Source: a virus (taxonomy: Duplodnaviria; Caudoviricetes). Taken from it: a DNA stretch of 39,604 nucleotides. Shown here in pieces: positions 1-7,778 of the stretch. The first letter of the stretch is position 1, and every line of letters starts with the position of its first letter. Under the pieces are notes generated by a model. It made no database searches. It was not told the DNA's origin and saw only the letters and a list, made by a program, of their open reading frames with translations. The stretch covers positions 1 to 39,604 of IMG/VR virus record IMGVR_UViG_3300042339_000036. The stretch is one strand, 5' to 3'. The position numbers were made by a program, and so were the translations under genes.

Positions 1-286
1 CAGATACGCCAGCAACGCAGGATCAAACGCCTCCACCATTCTTGACCTTTCGCGCCTGGGCTGTGGCCAGAATCGCTTGCAATTTGGCCGCACGCTGGGT
101 GTCGTCCATCGGCTCCATCAATGGGTTGTCAGGGTCGCCAGCCAGGGTGGTGCGGTCGCCGTACTTCTTCGGGTTCCACTTGGCCAACAGCTTGAGCCGG
201 TACTCTGCCCGGTTGCGTAGCCAGGCCACATGGGCGCTGTCGTACTTGGGATTGTCGCCGCCAGTCATCTCTGGCTTGGTGTCAAT
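1..286. repeat. Terminal direct repeat, left copy (circular assembly overlap / terminal redundancy)
   Basis: Matches 39319-39604 except at 128, 137, 140, 167 and 170, all third-codon positions of terS. Confidence 0.95.
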
Positions 287-529
287 GATCTCGAGCGCGT
301 CGTCAGCAATGCAGTCTGTGCCTATTTCACGCGCCTCCGCGAAGCGTTGAGCAAACTCCTTGTCTTTCCCCATCCAAAGGTACACGGTCGAGTAGTGGAT
401 ACCATTGTTCCGGCACCACTCACGCAGGGTTTTGCCGGTCGTGATCCATTCGCAGATCTCGTCGGCTCGGTCCTGTGGCACTGGCTCTGGTGGCCTGCCT
501 GGTGGTCGTTTTTCAGTCTTGGGTTTCAT
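23..529 (-). CDS. terS: Terminase small subunit (Sf6 gp1-like)
   Basis: GRP..EICEWITTGKTLREWCR..YSTVYLW..FAQRFAEARE..ADDALEIID and KWNPKKYGD pattern; directly upstream of terL across the circular junction. Confidence 0.88.
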   Translation of the reverse strand: MKPKTEKRPPGRPPEPVPQDRADEICEWITTGKTLREWCRNNGIHYSTVYLWMGKDKEFAQRFAEAREIGTDCIADDALEIIDTKPEMTGGDNPKYDSAHVAWLRNRAEYRLKLLAKWNPKKYGDRTTLAGDPDNPLMEPMDDTQRAAKLQAILATAQARKVKNGGGV

Positions 530-773
530 CGATGATTTTTTTCCATCTATCAGGGGTTTGTGCTCGTCGCTCGTACTTACAAATTTTCTTGATGGTGCTC
601 AAAGGGATGTCGAAGATCTTGGCCAGTTTGCGGTAGCCCACTTCCTCATCTTCGTGCATGTCACGGATCTTGTCGATGACATCATCTGGAAGGCGGGCAT
701 TGTGATGGGATGCGCCGATGCGGTATCCCTGTTCATTTACAGCTACAAATTGCACCCGCTTCTTACCCTTCAT
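513..773 (-). CDS. Small helix-turn-helix DNA-binding protein
   Basis: HHNARLPDDVIDKIRDM..VGYRKLAKIFDIPLSTIKKICKYERR HTH pattern. Confidence 0.7.
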   Translation of the reverse strand: MKGKKRVQFVAVNEQGYRIGASHHNARLPDDVIDKIRDMHEDEEVGYRKLAKIFDIPLSTIKKICKYERRAQTPDRWKKIIDETQD

Positions 774-774
774 T

Positions 775-1014
775 TCATGTCAATTCGGTACTGCTTAACG
801 CTTCGGTGGTTTCTTGCCCTTGTCTTTTCCATAGCCCATGATGATCTCCTCGAGTGTCGTGCGAAGTTGCACAGTATTGATTTTGCATCATCATTGAATT
901 TTCCGCAACGATGTCACCGGTAATTTCGAGTGCCCAATTTATTCGTTGTGGGCTTATGTTCCATCCTTCACGCGTGCGATCCAGAATTTTTTTTGCTTGT
1001 TCGTATGCGGTCAT
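775..1014 (-). CDS. Hypothetical protein
   Basis: Start overlaps the stop of the upstream ORF (ATGA); its 3' half overlaps the operator/promoter and the micro-ORF. Confidence 0.55.
   Translation of the reverse strand: MTAYEQAKKILDRTREGWNISPQRINWALEITGDIVAENSMMMQNQYCATSHDTRGDHHGLWKRQGQETTEALSSTELT
795..839 (-). CDS. 14-aa basic micro-protein MGYGKDKGKKPPKR (not in ORF track)
   Basis: AGGAG-atcatc-ATG; the 16-nt start context aggagatcatcatggg is identical to that of the gene starting at 36763; a TACTGT -10-like box lies upstream at 871-876. Confidence 0.5.
   Translation of the reverse strand: MGYGKDKGKKPPKR
871..909 (-). promoter_or_regulatory. Tandem 17-bp operator-like pair with a -10-like box, upstream of the micro-ORF/HTH/terS/terL genes
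   Basis: ATTG-N9-CATC (876-892) abutting ATTG-N9-CAAC (893-909); same architecture as 4745-4778 read in reverse complement; TACTGT on the minus strand at 871-876. Confidence 0.6.
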
Positions 1015-1238
1015 TGTTTTCTTTTTGTGTGTATTGCGGCCATCACGGCCTTGAGTTGTTCTGCTGATTTGATGCCGCGTTTTTTTTCTCGGACTTCAAG
1101 TTCATCCCTGCGCTTCCACAATGGCAATGTCAGCAAGTGCCTGGCTTCGCATTCAAGCATCCATTCGCGTGACCATGAGCCAACGACACGCCCATCGTGG
1201 AGCGTGACATCGATCTCGTATTGCTCGCGTGGTGTCAA
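1011..1238 (-). CDS. Hypothetical phage protein
   Basis: Translationally coupled ORF containing SWSREWMLECEARHLL; no function assignable. Confidence 0.7.
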   Translation of the reverse strand: MTPREQYEIDVTLHDGRVVGSWSREWMLECEARHLLTLPLWKRRDELEVREKKRGIKSAEQLKAVMAAIHTKRKQ

Positions 1239-1495
1239 TGCGTTTGTTCCAATGAAGTCATGTGCTTAAACCATCCGTCGACGATCTCGATTGCTTCACG
1301 CATAACCATGTGTTCGAATGCGTGCTCGATCTTGCTTTCACCGCTGTCCTCGTCCCAGCCTATAGCAAATGAGCAAACGCCCATGCCTTCGGGTTGGCAA
1401 AAGAATCGCAACTCAGGTGCGCCCTCTTGGTTCTGCTGTTTCAACATGACGATCTGGCCGTAACGGACCACATCAAATATTCGTGCAAATTTCAT
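1235..1495 (-). CDS. Hypothetical protein
   Basis: AAGGAGAGG RBS; ATGA overlaps with both neighbours. Confidence 0.7.
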   Translation of the reverse strand: MKFARIFDVVRYGQIVMLKQQNQEGAPELRFFCQPEGMGVCSFAIGWDEDSGESKIEHAFEHMVMREAIEIVDGWFKHMTSLEQTH

Positions 1496-1602
1496 TCACC
1501 TCTCCTTAAATAAAAATATATTGCCACACCGATCAGTGCGACAGCGATACCCATGCAGATCAGCAGTTCACCAACCAGCATCATGATTTGCCCTATGTTC
1601 AT
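1492..1602 (-). CDS. 36-aa single-pass membrane peptide (MNIGQIMMLVGELLICMGIAVALIGVAIYFYLRRGE; not in ORF track)
   Basis: Fills the gap exactly, with ATGA overlaps at both ends; long hydrophobic stretch followed by RR. Confidence 0.6.
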   Translation of the reverse strand: MNIGQIMMLVGELLICMGIAVALIGVAIYFYLRRGE

Positions 1603-2054
1603 CGCACATACTCCAACCGGATGGTTCGATACACAACACCGTCGTGCCATTTCTTGTCTGACTCAATGTCATACAGTTCGATGATGTGCTCTGCCTCTGC
1701 AAACTTCATGCGCTGATTGCGGATGCTAAACATGTAGATCAGTGGCGCCTTCTGTGTTGAGTAGGCCTCGATCAATTGTGGCAACAGCAAGCGCTCTTTT
1801 TCTTTGATGTTGGCAGTGCCTTTGACATTGACCACAAAAGTTCGTTCGTCGCGCTGGATCACATAGTCTGGAATGTTGCGCAGGATTGGGTTGAGGTTGT
1901 AGAACGCGCCAACATTGGCAAACTTCTCATCGAACCCCAGGCGTGTGCAGTTCCATCCATTGCGCTCGCACCATTGCTCAAACATCTCTTCGCCAATATT
2001 GACGCCGACGCCCTGCCTGTCCTGGTAGGTTTGGTCTGCGTTTCCGTATGTCAT
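1599..2054 (-). CDS. PD-(D/E)xK-like nuclease-fold protein
   Basis: GEEMFEQW...IPDYVI...VVNVKGT; start reassigned to MTYGN at 2054 (ATGA coupling). Confidence 0.55.
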   Translation of the reverse strand: MTYGNADQTYQDRQGVGVNIGEEMFEQWCERNGWNCTRLGFDEKFANVGAFYNLNPILRNIPDYVIQRDERTFVVNVKGTANIKEKERLLLPQLIEAYSTQKAPLIYMFSIRNQRMKFAEAEHIIELYDIESDKKWHDGVVYRTIRLEYVR

Positions 2055-2254
2055 AGTTTTATACCCCGCACCATGTGCTCTTGATCGATGCGCTTGCAAT
2101 CGATCTCAGGCTTGTACGCTGGCCAATGGCCTTCGCGGACCATGTCGCAGTAATGTTGCTCTGCCTTGATGGCATCGTCGTAGTCCATCTGGTTGACGAA
2201 TGCAAATGCACCCAGCAGTGCAAGCCACAAAACAATTGCTTTGATCATGCTCAT
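2051..2254 (-). CDS. Hypothetical small membrane-anchored protein
   Basis: N-terminal hydrophobic segment then MDYDDA..YCDMVREGHWP; coupled overlaps. Confidence 0.65.
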   Translation of the reverse strand: MSMIKAIVLWLALLGAFAFVNQMDYDDAIKAEQHYCDMVREGHWPAYKPEIDCKRIDQEHMVRGIKL

Positions 2255-2643
2255 GATTTCACCTTTGGCATTGCCATTTTTTCACGCAGTTCATCCATCA
2301 TTTTTCTAACCCTGGCCCTGTTGATCTCCGCCTGCTCTTCAGAGATCGTGTGCTCAATCTTTATTGGTTCTGGCCGTGGCGCCATGCGGCACAGTTCTTT
2401 GAACTTAATGCAGTTGGGCACGCGTTCAGGCAAATGCTCCAAGGCGTATGCGATGGCCTCTGGCCACTTCACAAAGTTGCCCAGTTCTTCAGCCCATGTG
2501 GCTTTTGCGTTTTCCAGGCCAGCGTCAATGCCGTTGACCATGCCGGTGCTGTACTGCCCAGTAAACTCTCTGCCATAGATGCCCTGTAGCCTGGCAAAAA
2601 TCTTCTCAACCCAAGCGTTTGGGAGTATTAGGTTCTGCGTCAT
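2251..2643 (-). CDS. Putative replication protein P-like helicase loader
   Basis: VEKIFARLQGIYGREF..ATWAEEL..PNCIKFKELCR; directly follows the initiator-like gene. Confidence 0.55.
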   Translation of the reverse strand: MTQNLILPNAWVEKIFARLQGIYGREFTGQYSTGMVNGIDAGLENAKATWAEELGNFVKWPEAIAYALEHLPERVPNCIKFKELCRMAPRPEPIKIEHTISEEQAEINRARVRKMMDELREKMAMPKVKS

Positions 2644-3373
2644 AAATTTCTCCTTCGATAGTGGTGCCTTGATATTCGTCGTGTTTTGGTAAAAGACCGA
2701 GTGAGCGTGCTATGCCCTCCTGGTTGATTTGGTGCTGGGTCTTGTTGCCGTTCTGGTCCTTGTTGACCCAGTCGGCTTTGAACCCTGCCCATCCCCTTGC
2801 ACAGCATTCGGTCAATGCGGCATTGAGTGACCAGCCTGCTTTGCGTGCCTCGCGCTCGATGCCTGCCATTGCCGCTTGAGTGACCGGTGCCTTCTTTGCT
2901 TTGCGGACTGTCAGGAATCCATCCCAAACTTCAGGTGCCACACCATCAGGGCAGGACAAGGGCTTGACCCTTGTATCTATCTTTGTTTCTTGTTTAATGT
3001 TTATTGTTTCTTGTTTCTTGTTTGGTTGAACGGGCGTTGAACGGGCGTTCAATCGTTGTTCGGCAGAGGCTTTACCGGCTCTGGATGCGGCTTCCAGCTT
3101 GCCGTGGTACTTGGAAATCTCTTCATCAGCCCTGCGATTGACCCACCCAGTACCCTCCAAGAATTCAAAAAATTCCTCAAGAACGGTCACCACTTCAGCC
3201 TCATGCTCACGCATGTTGATTGCCCGTGCAACGATCGTTGAACGCTCGTTCAACGGCTGTTCATGCAGGTAGTACAGGTCAAGCAAACGCCTGTATGCCA
3301 GATCCTCCAATGCGGTGAGGTGGCGAGTGTGGCTCGCGTAGTCACCAATGTTGAATGAGTAGAAGTGCATCAC
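2606..3373 (-). CDS. Replication initiator (YdaU/DUF1376-like, lambda O analogue)
   Basis: MHFYSFNIGDYASHTRHLTALEDLAYRRLLDLYYLHEQPL N-terminus; internal repeats and AT-rich tract; C-terminal CCARGWAGFKADW. Confidence 0.8.
   Translation of the reverse strand: MMHFYSFNIGDYASHTRHLTALEDLAYRRLLDLYYLHEQPLNERSTIVARAINMREHEAEVVTVLEEFFEFLEGTGWVNRRADEEISKYHGKLEAASRAGKASAEQRLNARSTPVQPNKKQETINIKQETKIDTRVKPLSCPDGVAPEVWDGFLTVRKAKKAPVTQAAMAGIEREARKAGWSLNAALTECCARGWAGFKADWVNKDQNGNKTQHQINQEGIARSLGLLPKHDEYQGTTIEGEIYDAEPNTPKRLG
2971..3255. other. Probable replication origin inside the initiator gene
   Basis: GTTGAACGGGC x2 plus GTTCAAT (3025-3053); perfect inverted repeat CGTTGAACG-ct-CGTTCAACG (3236-3255); adjacent AT-rich TTGTTTC repeats (about 2971-3024). 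Confidence 0.55.
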
Positions 3374-3558
3374 GCACCTGCCTTGGCCTGGTCCATAATC
3401 TCGCGGATCTTGGATTCATTGGCGCTCTTGGCGTTTTTGGTGCAGGCAACGCAAGCCGCGTTGATCACATACTTTTCGGTTTCGCCGCAGGCTTTGCAGG
3501 GCTTGCCGGTGTACTTGCGCTGGCCCAGTCGGGCGGCTTCAATTCGGGGGGATGCCAC
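3370..3558 (-). CDS. Small Cys-rich (zinc-binding) hypothetical protein
   Basis: KYTGKPCKACG..CVAC; likely GTG start at 3558 after GGAG. Confidence 0.6.
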   Translation of the reverse strand: MASPRIEAARLGQRKYTGKPCKACGETEKYVINAACVACTKNAKSANESKIREIMDQAKAGA

Positions 3559-3618
3559 TTGATGATCTCCATGTTGAGTTTCGGTCCACACATTGTAAAC
3601 CAAAACCCAAACATGAAG

Positions 3619-3771
3619 TCAAGCAGTTTTTTTCAGAATGATTCTTTCGACTTTTTCAGTGGTGACAAACCGGTGCAGGTTGGCGCATTCGTACCTGCGG
3701 TATTTGATGTTGCCAGGCCTAGCCCTGGTTTCTTTCACGATAGTCCAGGCCTGACATACGGGGCACTTCAT
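3619..3771 (-). CDS. Ogr/Delta- or NrdR-N-like zinc-finger protein, candidate transcription regulator
   Basis: MKCPVC..TIVKETR..YRRYECANLHRFVTTE; GAGG RBS before ATG at 3771. Confidence 0.65.
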   Translation of the reverse strand: MKCPVCQAWTIVKETRARPGNIKYRRYECANLHRFVTTEKVERIILKKTA

Positions 3772-3775
3772 TACC

Positions 3776-4165
3776 TCAAAATGGGATGTCGTCGTCCATG
3801 TCTGCCATGTCACCAGCAGGCTGTTGCGTTTGTTGCGTTTGCTGTGGCCGTGCTGGAGCATCACCCTTTGGCGGTAGGTCTATCTGGTCCACAGAGAGGC
3901 GTAGGCGCGTTTTTGGCGTGCCGTCCTTGGCTTTGTATTCCTCGAGTTTGATCGGGCCGCTGACGGTCAAGCGCTGGCCTTTGGCCATGTACTGTTGCAG
4001 AGTGGTTGCCCGCTTACCCCACAGTGCGCAGTCCACCCACATGGTTTCGGGTTTGTCTTTGGTGCCGATGGCCACGCCAATGGCAAAGTTCAGGATGTTG
4101 TCGCCGTTGTGCTGGCGCAGTTCGGGGTCGCGCCCCAGGTTGCCGGTCAGTATTGCAATGTTCAT
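3776..4165 (-). CDS. ssb: Single-stranded DNA-binding protein
   Basis: MNIAILTGNLGRDPELR OB-fold start and acidic DDDIPF C-terminal tip. Confidence 0.95.
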   Translation of the reverse strand: MNIAILTGNLGRDPELRQHNGDNILNFAIGVAIGTKDKPETMWVDCALWGKRATTLQQYMAKGQRLTVSGPIKLEEYKAKDGTPKTRLRLSVDQIDLPPKGDAPARPQQTQQTQQPAGDMADMDDDIPF

Positions 4166-4527
4166 TCGTTGGATTCCTTCGAAATTTGGACGCGTACGAA
4201 ACCACCGATCTGCCCCGCGTCCACTCGTGCAGTCAGTGTTGTGAATTGTTTGTCGTTGATCTTGAGTGCATCAGCGACGCCGTCAAGGCCAGACTTCATC
4301 CTGGCCACCAGGTTGTCTCGATCGTAACTGCGCCGGTCGGGCGGCACGAACTCGAGCACCAGGTGCATGTTGCCAGCAATGTCAGGTCTTACGGCTCCCG
4401 CTTGCTCGAGCACCATGGCCCAGCAGGCTTGCCGGTATGCGGCTTTGATCTTGGAAACCTTGGACCAATGCAGGCGCTTGTTGGGCGAAAGTTCAGACGG
4501 TGGCCAGCCCAGCACCAGTTCAATCAT
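4162..4527 (-). CDS. rusA: RusA-like Holliday junction resolvase
   Basis: LGWPP..SPNKRLHW..PPDRRSYDRDNLVARMKSGLDGVADALKIND motif; start at MIELVL. Confidence 0.75.
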   Translation of the reverse strand: MIELVLGWPPSELSPNKRLHWSKVSKIKAAYRQACWAMVLEQAGAVRPDIAGNMHLVLEFVPPDRRSYDRDNLVARMKSGLDGVADALKINDKQFTTLTARVDAGQIGGFVRVQISKESNE

Positions 4528-4753
4528 TGACTTCGCGCCCAAACACGATGTCGTGCGCAGTGATGTCGATGCCCCGCTCCCAGGCTAATTCCAGAAGGCG
4601 ACGCTGTATGGCGGTTGGCACGATGCCTGACTTTTGCCAGCGAGACACTGCGGCAGGATCGCGGTTGAGGGCACGGGCGAGTTTGCGTACCCCGCCAAAC
4701 ATGTCGATGGCCAGTTCAACTGGCGAGGTGTGATTGTTCAAAGTGTTGTTCAT
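4520..4753 (-). CDS. Cro-like HTH regulator, probably leaderless
   Basis: IDMFGGVRKLARALNRDPAAVSRWQKSGIVP; first gene of the leftward operon at the divergence point. Confidence 0.8.
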   Translation of the reverse strand: MNNTLNNHTSPVELAIDMFGGVRKLARALNRDPAAVSRWQKSGIVPTAIQRRLLELAWERGIDITAHDIVFGREVND

Positions 4754-4788
4754 CCCTCAATGATGACACAGGCGCAACACCTTGTGAA
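4745..4788 (-). promoter_or_regulatory. Leftward promoter and tandem operator over the cro-like start
   Basis: Minus strand TTCACA-N17-CATCAT-N6-ATG; operators GTTG-N9-CAAT (4745-4761) and GATG-N9-CAAC (4762-4778). Confidence 0.55.
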
Positions 4789-4842
4789 CCCTTGATTTAC
4801 CTGGGCGGAACGAATACCCACATAAATCACTCGGAATAGGTA

Positions 4843-4876
4843 TTGCGTTGTGGATATGTGTTGATGTAAGATCACC
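4843..4876 (+). promoter_or_regulatory. Rightward sigma70-like early promoter
   Basis: TTGCGT-N18-TAAGAT; partial operator GTTG-N9-CACC (4860-4876) overlaps the -10 box. Confidence 0.55.
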
Positions 4877-4920
4877 ATATCGACAGCAATCAAGCAGTCG
4901 AATTTTGAAGGAACCCTACT

Positions 4921-5214
4921 ATGACCGCAATTAACAACACCCCCGCTTCTGCTGACGAACTCGGCACACTGCTTGCCCAGATCGCCACGCTTACCAAGCA
5001 AGCCGACGCCCTCAAAGACGCCATGAAAGATGTGGCCAGCAAAGGCGGCGCGACTGTATTTGAAGGCGCCCTGTTCAAGTCGACCTATTGCGAAGCTGAC
5101 CGCGCTGTCACCGACTGGAAAAAGTTGGCCAAGGAGCAGGGCATCTCTGCCGACACCATCGCGTCGTACACCAGCACCACTGCTGTGTTCAGCATCAAGA
5201 CCACAGCACGATGA
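4921..5214 (+). CDS. Hypothetical early protein
   Basis: GAAGGA RBS; ADELGTLLAQIATL coiled coil. Confidence 0.75.
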   Translation: MTAINNTPASADELGTLLAQIATLTKQADALKDAMKDVASKGGATVFEGALFKSTYCEADRAVTDWKKLAKEQGISADTIASYTSTTAVFSIKTTAR

Positions 5215-5357
5215 TTCAGTACGGCATCTTGGATGACGACGGCGCCGTGGTGCGCTGGGTCTGGGACAAGCCGTCCTACCCGCACATCACACGCAAAGTG
5301 CCTCGTCGCCGCAAACCCAAGTTCGACATCAGCACCCTACCAGACGCACCATTTTAA
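5211..5357 (+). CDS. 48-aa hypothetical protein (MIQYGILDDDGAVVRWVWDKP...LPDAPF; not in ORF track)
   Basis: ATGA overlap with upstream gene; stop runs into the RBS of the next gene. Confidence 0.65.
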   Translation: MIQYGILDDDGAVVRWVWDKPSYPHITRKVPRRRKPKFDISTLPDAPF

Positions 5358-5367
5358 GGAGATCACC

Positions 5368-5610
5368 ATGGATTCATACACAGCAACCGGCATCGCAGAA
5401 GGCTTCATTGAGGCAGACAGCAACGACCAGGTCATCGAGGCCTGGCAGACATTGATTGACACTGGCTTGGCCTGGCAACTGCAAGGCTGGTTTGGCCGTC
5501 AGGCACAGCGCTTGATCGAGGACGGGTATTGCCTGCCTGCCGAGGAAAGCCGCCTGCTACGGGCCGCAAAAGCCCTGGGCAAGATCGAGTTTGTAAAAGT
5601 GGGGGCTTGA
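5368..5610 (+). CDS. Hypothetical phage protein
   Basis: AAGGAG RBS; AWQTLIDTGLAWQLQGWFGRQAQRLIE motif; start reassigned to MDSYT. Confidence 0.75.
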   Translation: MDSYTATGIAEGFIEADSNDQVIEAWQTLIDTGLAWQLQGWFGRQAQRLIEDGYCLPAEESRLLRAAKALGKIEFVKVGA

Positions 5611-5612
5611 TC

Positions 5613-5897
5613 ATGTGGTTCACATCTTCACACGGCACGATCGAAATTCAGATGACCATGGCGCAGGCCCAGTCAGCATCGCACCAGGGCCAATGCGACG
5701 ACGATGTCATGGCGCTGTCCAACAACCGCAAGATTCGCCGCCAGTTGGAGCGCATCGATCCAGCCGCATTGCGCAAAGAGTTGGCCGAGTACGGCGCCTG
5801 GGATGAGCAGGAGTTGGCCGACCACGAGCAAAACATCCAGCGCATCCTTTGGATCGCGGCAGGCGACATCGTTGAAAACCAAGGGAGCAGATCATGA
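5613..5897 (+). CDS. Hypothetical phage protein
   Basis: SHQGQCDDDV..LRKELAEYGAWDEQEL..RILWIAAGDI; start reassigned to MWFTS. Confidence 0.7.
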   Translation: MWFTSSHGTIEIQMTMAQAQSASHQGQCDDDVMALSNNRKIRRQLERIDPAALRKELAEYGAWDEQELADHEQNIQRILWIAAGDIVENQGSRS

Positions 5898-6121
5898 GCC
5901 TATACACAGACCTGGTCGAGGCAGGCATCGAGGTCAGCAACTGGCAGTCGGACTTGTATTTCCCGGTGTCGTATGAGTCCATGGAAATCTTGGCCAAGTA
6001 CCCAACACAGTCGCGCTCAATCTTCAAATCAAACATCGATGGCCGTCCGACAGTCGAGGCGCCGTTCGCATTTGATCCGTACTGGGAATCAAAAGTTGTT
6101 GACACAGCGTCAACGAAATAG
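5894..6121 (+). CDS. Hypothetical protein
   Basis: GGAG RBS; ATGA overlap. Confidence 0.7.
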   Translation: MSLYTDLVEAGIEVSNWQSDLYFPVSYESMEILAKYPTQSRSIFKSNIDGRPTVEAPFAFDPYWESKVVDTASTK

Positions 6122-6129
6122 AGTAGAAT
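6098..6129 (+). promoter_or_regulatory. Internal promoter with a palindromic operator
   Basis: GTTGAC-acagc-GTCAAC (6098-6114) overlapping TTGACA (6099-6104); TAGAAT at 6124-6129 gives an unusually long 19-nt spacer. Confidence 0.55.
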
Positions 6130-6157
6130 TTCAACACATCACCACAAGGAGATACAA

Positions 6158-6337
6158 ATGGCAGACATTAGCATCCACAACACCAAGTCAATCGTCATCA
6201 GCGAAGTTCGCGAGATCAATGGCAACACTCCGCTGTACACGAGAGACATCACCATCACCGACGCCCGTGGCCACGAGGTCATCATTACTTGCTTTTCAAC
6301 CAGCGAGGAAGCTGAAGAATTGCGGGTGATGCTGTGA
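6158..6337 (+). CDS. 59-aa hypothetical protein (MADISIHNTKSIVISEVRE...; not in ORF track)
   Basis: AAGGAG RBS; stop overlaps the GTG of the next gene. Confidence 0.7.
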   Translation: MADISIHNTKSIVISEVREINGNTPLYTRDITITDARGHEVIITCFSTSEEAEELRVML

Positions 6338-6597
6338 AGCGCAACAGCTACATCGCCGAGATCGAGCACCGCGTGTGCGGCATCCCTTGCATCGTCGGCG
6401 TCACCGATTACGAGGGCTACTCGCCAGCGTATACCTCTGGCTTACCTGAGAACTGCTACCCGGCAGAAGGTGGGTCAGGGGACTTTGAGATCCTGGACCG
6501 CAAAGGCTACCGCGCCAAGTGGCTTGAGAAAAAACTCACAGCGCGAGATGAGGACGCGATCCAGGAATTGATTTATGAACACATGGAGAATAATTGA
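6334..6597 (+). CDS. Hypothetical phage protein
   Basis: PENCYPAEGG..FEILDRKGYRAKWLEKKL; coupled overlaps. Confidence 0.7.
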   Translation: MKRNSYIAEIEHRVCGIPCIVGVTDYEGYSPAYTSGLPENCYPAEGGSGDFEILDRKGYRAKWLEKKLTARDEDAIQELIYEHMENN

Positions 6598-7547
6598 TGA
6601 CTATTCAAAGAATCGAAATTGAGAGTGAAAAGCAGTGGCTTGCCGAGCGGGCCAAGGATGTGACCAGCACCGAGGTGTCGGCCTTGTTTGGCCTGTCGCC
6701 TTACTTGACTGAGTTTGAACTGTTCCACCAAAAGCGCGACGGCGTGACCGTCAAGTTCGAACCCAACGAGCGCATGAAGTGGGGCAACCGCCTGGAGTCG
6801 GCCATCGCGCACGGCGCCGCCGAAGACATGGGTTGGAATATTGCCAAGTTCAATGTGTACATGCGCGACCAGGCCGCACGAATTGGGTCCAGCTTTGACT
6901 TTGAGATCAAGTCCAGCGCCAATGGCCCGGGCATTCTCGAGGTTAAGAATGTCGACTGGGTGCAATATCAGAAGTCATGGATCGACGACGGCAACGGCAA
7001 CATCGAGGCGCCCGAGCACATCGAGTTGCAGGTCCAGCATCAAATGGAAATTGCCGACTACAACTGGTGCGCAATTGTGGCCCTTGTTGGCGGAAATGAG
7101 CAAAAGATAGTCCTCCGAAATCGCGATCGGGACATTGGTAAAAGTATACGCGAACGCACCAGCGAGTTCTGGAATCTTGTGCAAGCCAATACCGCGCCAT
7201 CAGCCGACTACACCAGGGACGCCGAGTTCATCATCAAGCAATTGCGCAATGGCGCCGACGAAGGTTTGGTGGCCGAGGCCGATGCTGAACTTGAAGACAT
7301 GATCAAGCAGTTTGAGTTTGTGCGCAGAGAGGCCAGCGATCTGGACAAGATCAAGGACCAGAAACGCGCAGAGATCCTAGAGCGCATTGGCCGCGCCAGC
7401 AAAGTTTTAACCAGTTTTGGCTCGCTATCGACGGGGCAAGTCAAAGGCCGATCAGGCACTCTCATCACACCTGAGATGGTCGGCACAGTCATCGGCGCAA
7501 CCGAGGGCTACCGCAGTTTCCGTTTTTATTCAAAGAAGGAGAAGTAA
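6594..7547 (+). CDS. YqaJ/lambda-exonuclease-family recombination nuclease
   Basis: WLAER..STEVSALFGLSPY..WGNRLE..SSFDF..LEVKN..LQVQHQM motifs; upstream of recT. Confidence 0.9.
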   Translation: MMTIQRIEIESEKQWLAERAKDVTSTEVSALFGLSPYLTEFELFHQKRDGVTVKFEPNERMKWGNRLESAIAHGAAEDMGWNIAKFNVYMRDQAARIGSSFDFEIKSSANGPGILEVKNVDWVQYQKSWIDDGNGNIEAPEHIELQVQHQMEIADYNWCAIVALVGGNEQKIVLRNRDRDIGKSIRERTSEFWNLVQANTAPSADYTRDAEFIIKQLRNGADEGLVAEADAELEDMIKQFEFVRREASDLDKIKDQKRAEILERIGRASKVLTSFGSLSTGQVKGRSGTLITPEMVGTVIGATEGYRSFRFYSKKEK

Positions 7548-7550
7548 ACC

Positions 7551-7778
7551 ATGGCAACCGAGCAACGCATTTACAAAGTCACCAGCGGCACCAAAACACA
7601 CCTGGTCCAAGCAATCAGTCAGGCACAGGCATTGCGCCATGTTGCAGGAAAGATGTTCCAGGTTGATGTGGCCAGGCCCATCGATGTAGCCAAACTCATG
7701 GGCACTGGCACACAGTTGGAAGTGGCCAGCGTCGTGACTGAGCAAGACCAATTGAAATTTGAAGGAGACAAAGCATGA
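7551..7778 (+). CDS. Hypothetical phage protein
   Basis: RIYKV..HLVQAISQAQALRHVA; AAGGAG RBS. Confidence 0.75.
   Translation: MATEQRIYKVTSGTKTHLVQAISQAQALRHVAGKMFQVDVARPIDVAKLMGTGTQLEVASVVTEQDQLKFEGDKA

Noticed and set aside
3025-3255. GTTG...CAA palindromes as further members of the 17-bp operator family
   Set aside because: Spacing is N10 rather than N9 and they lie inside the initiator gene; better explained as origin iterons.
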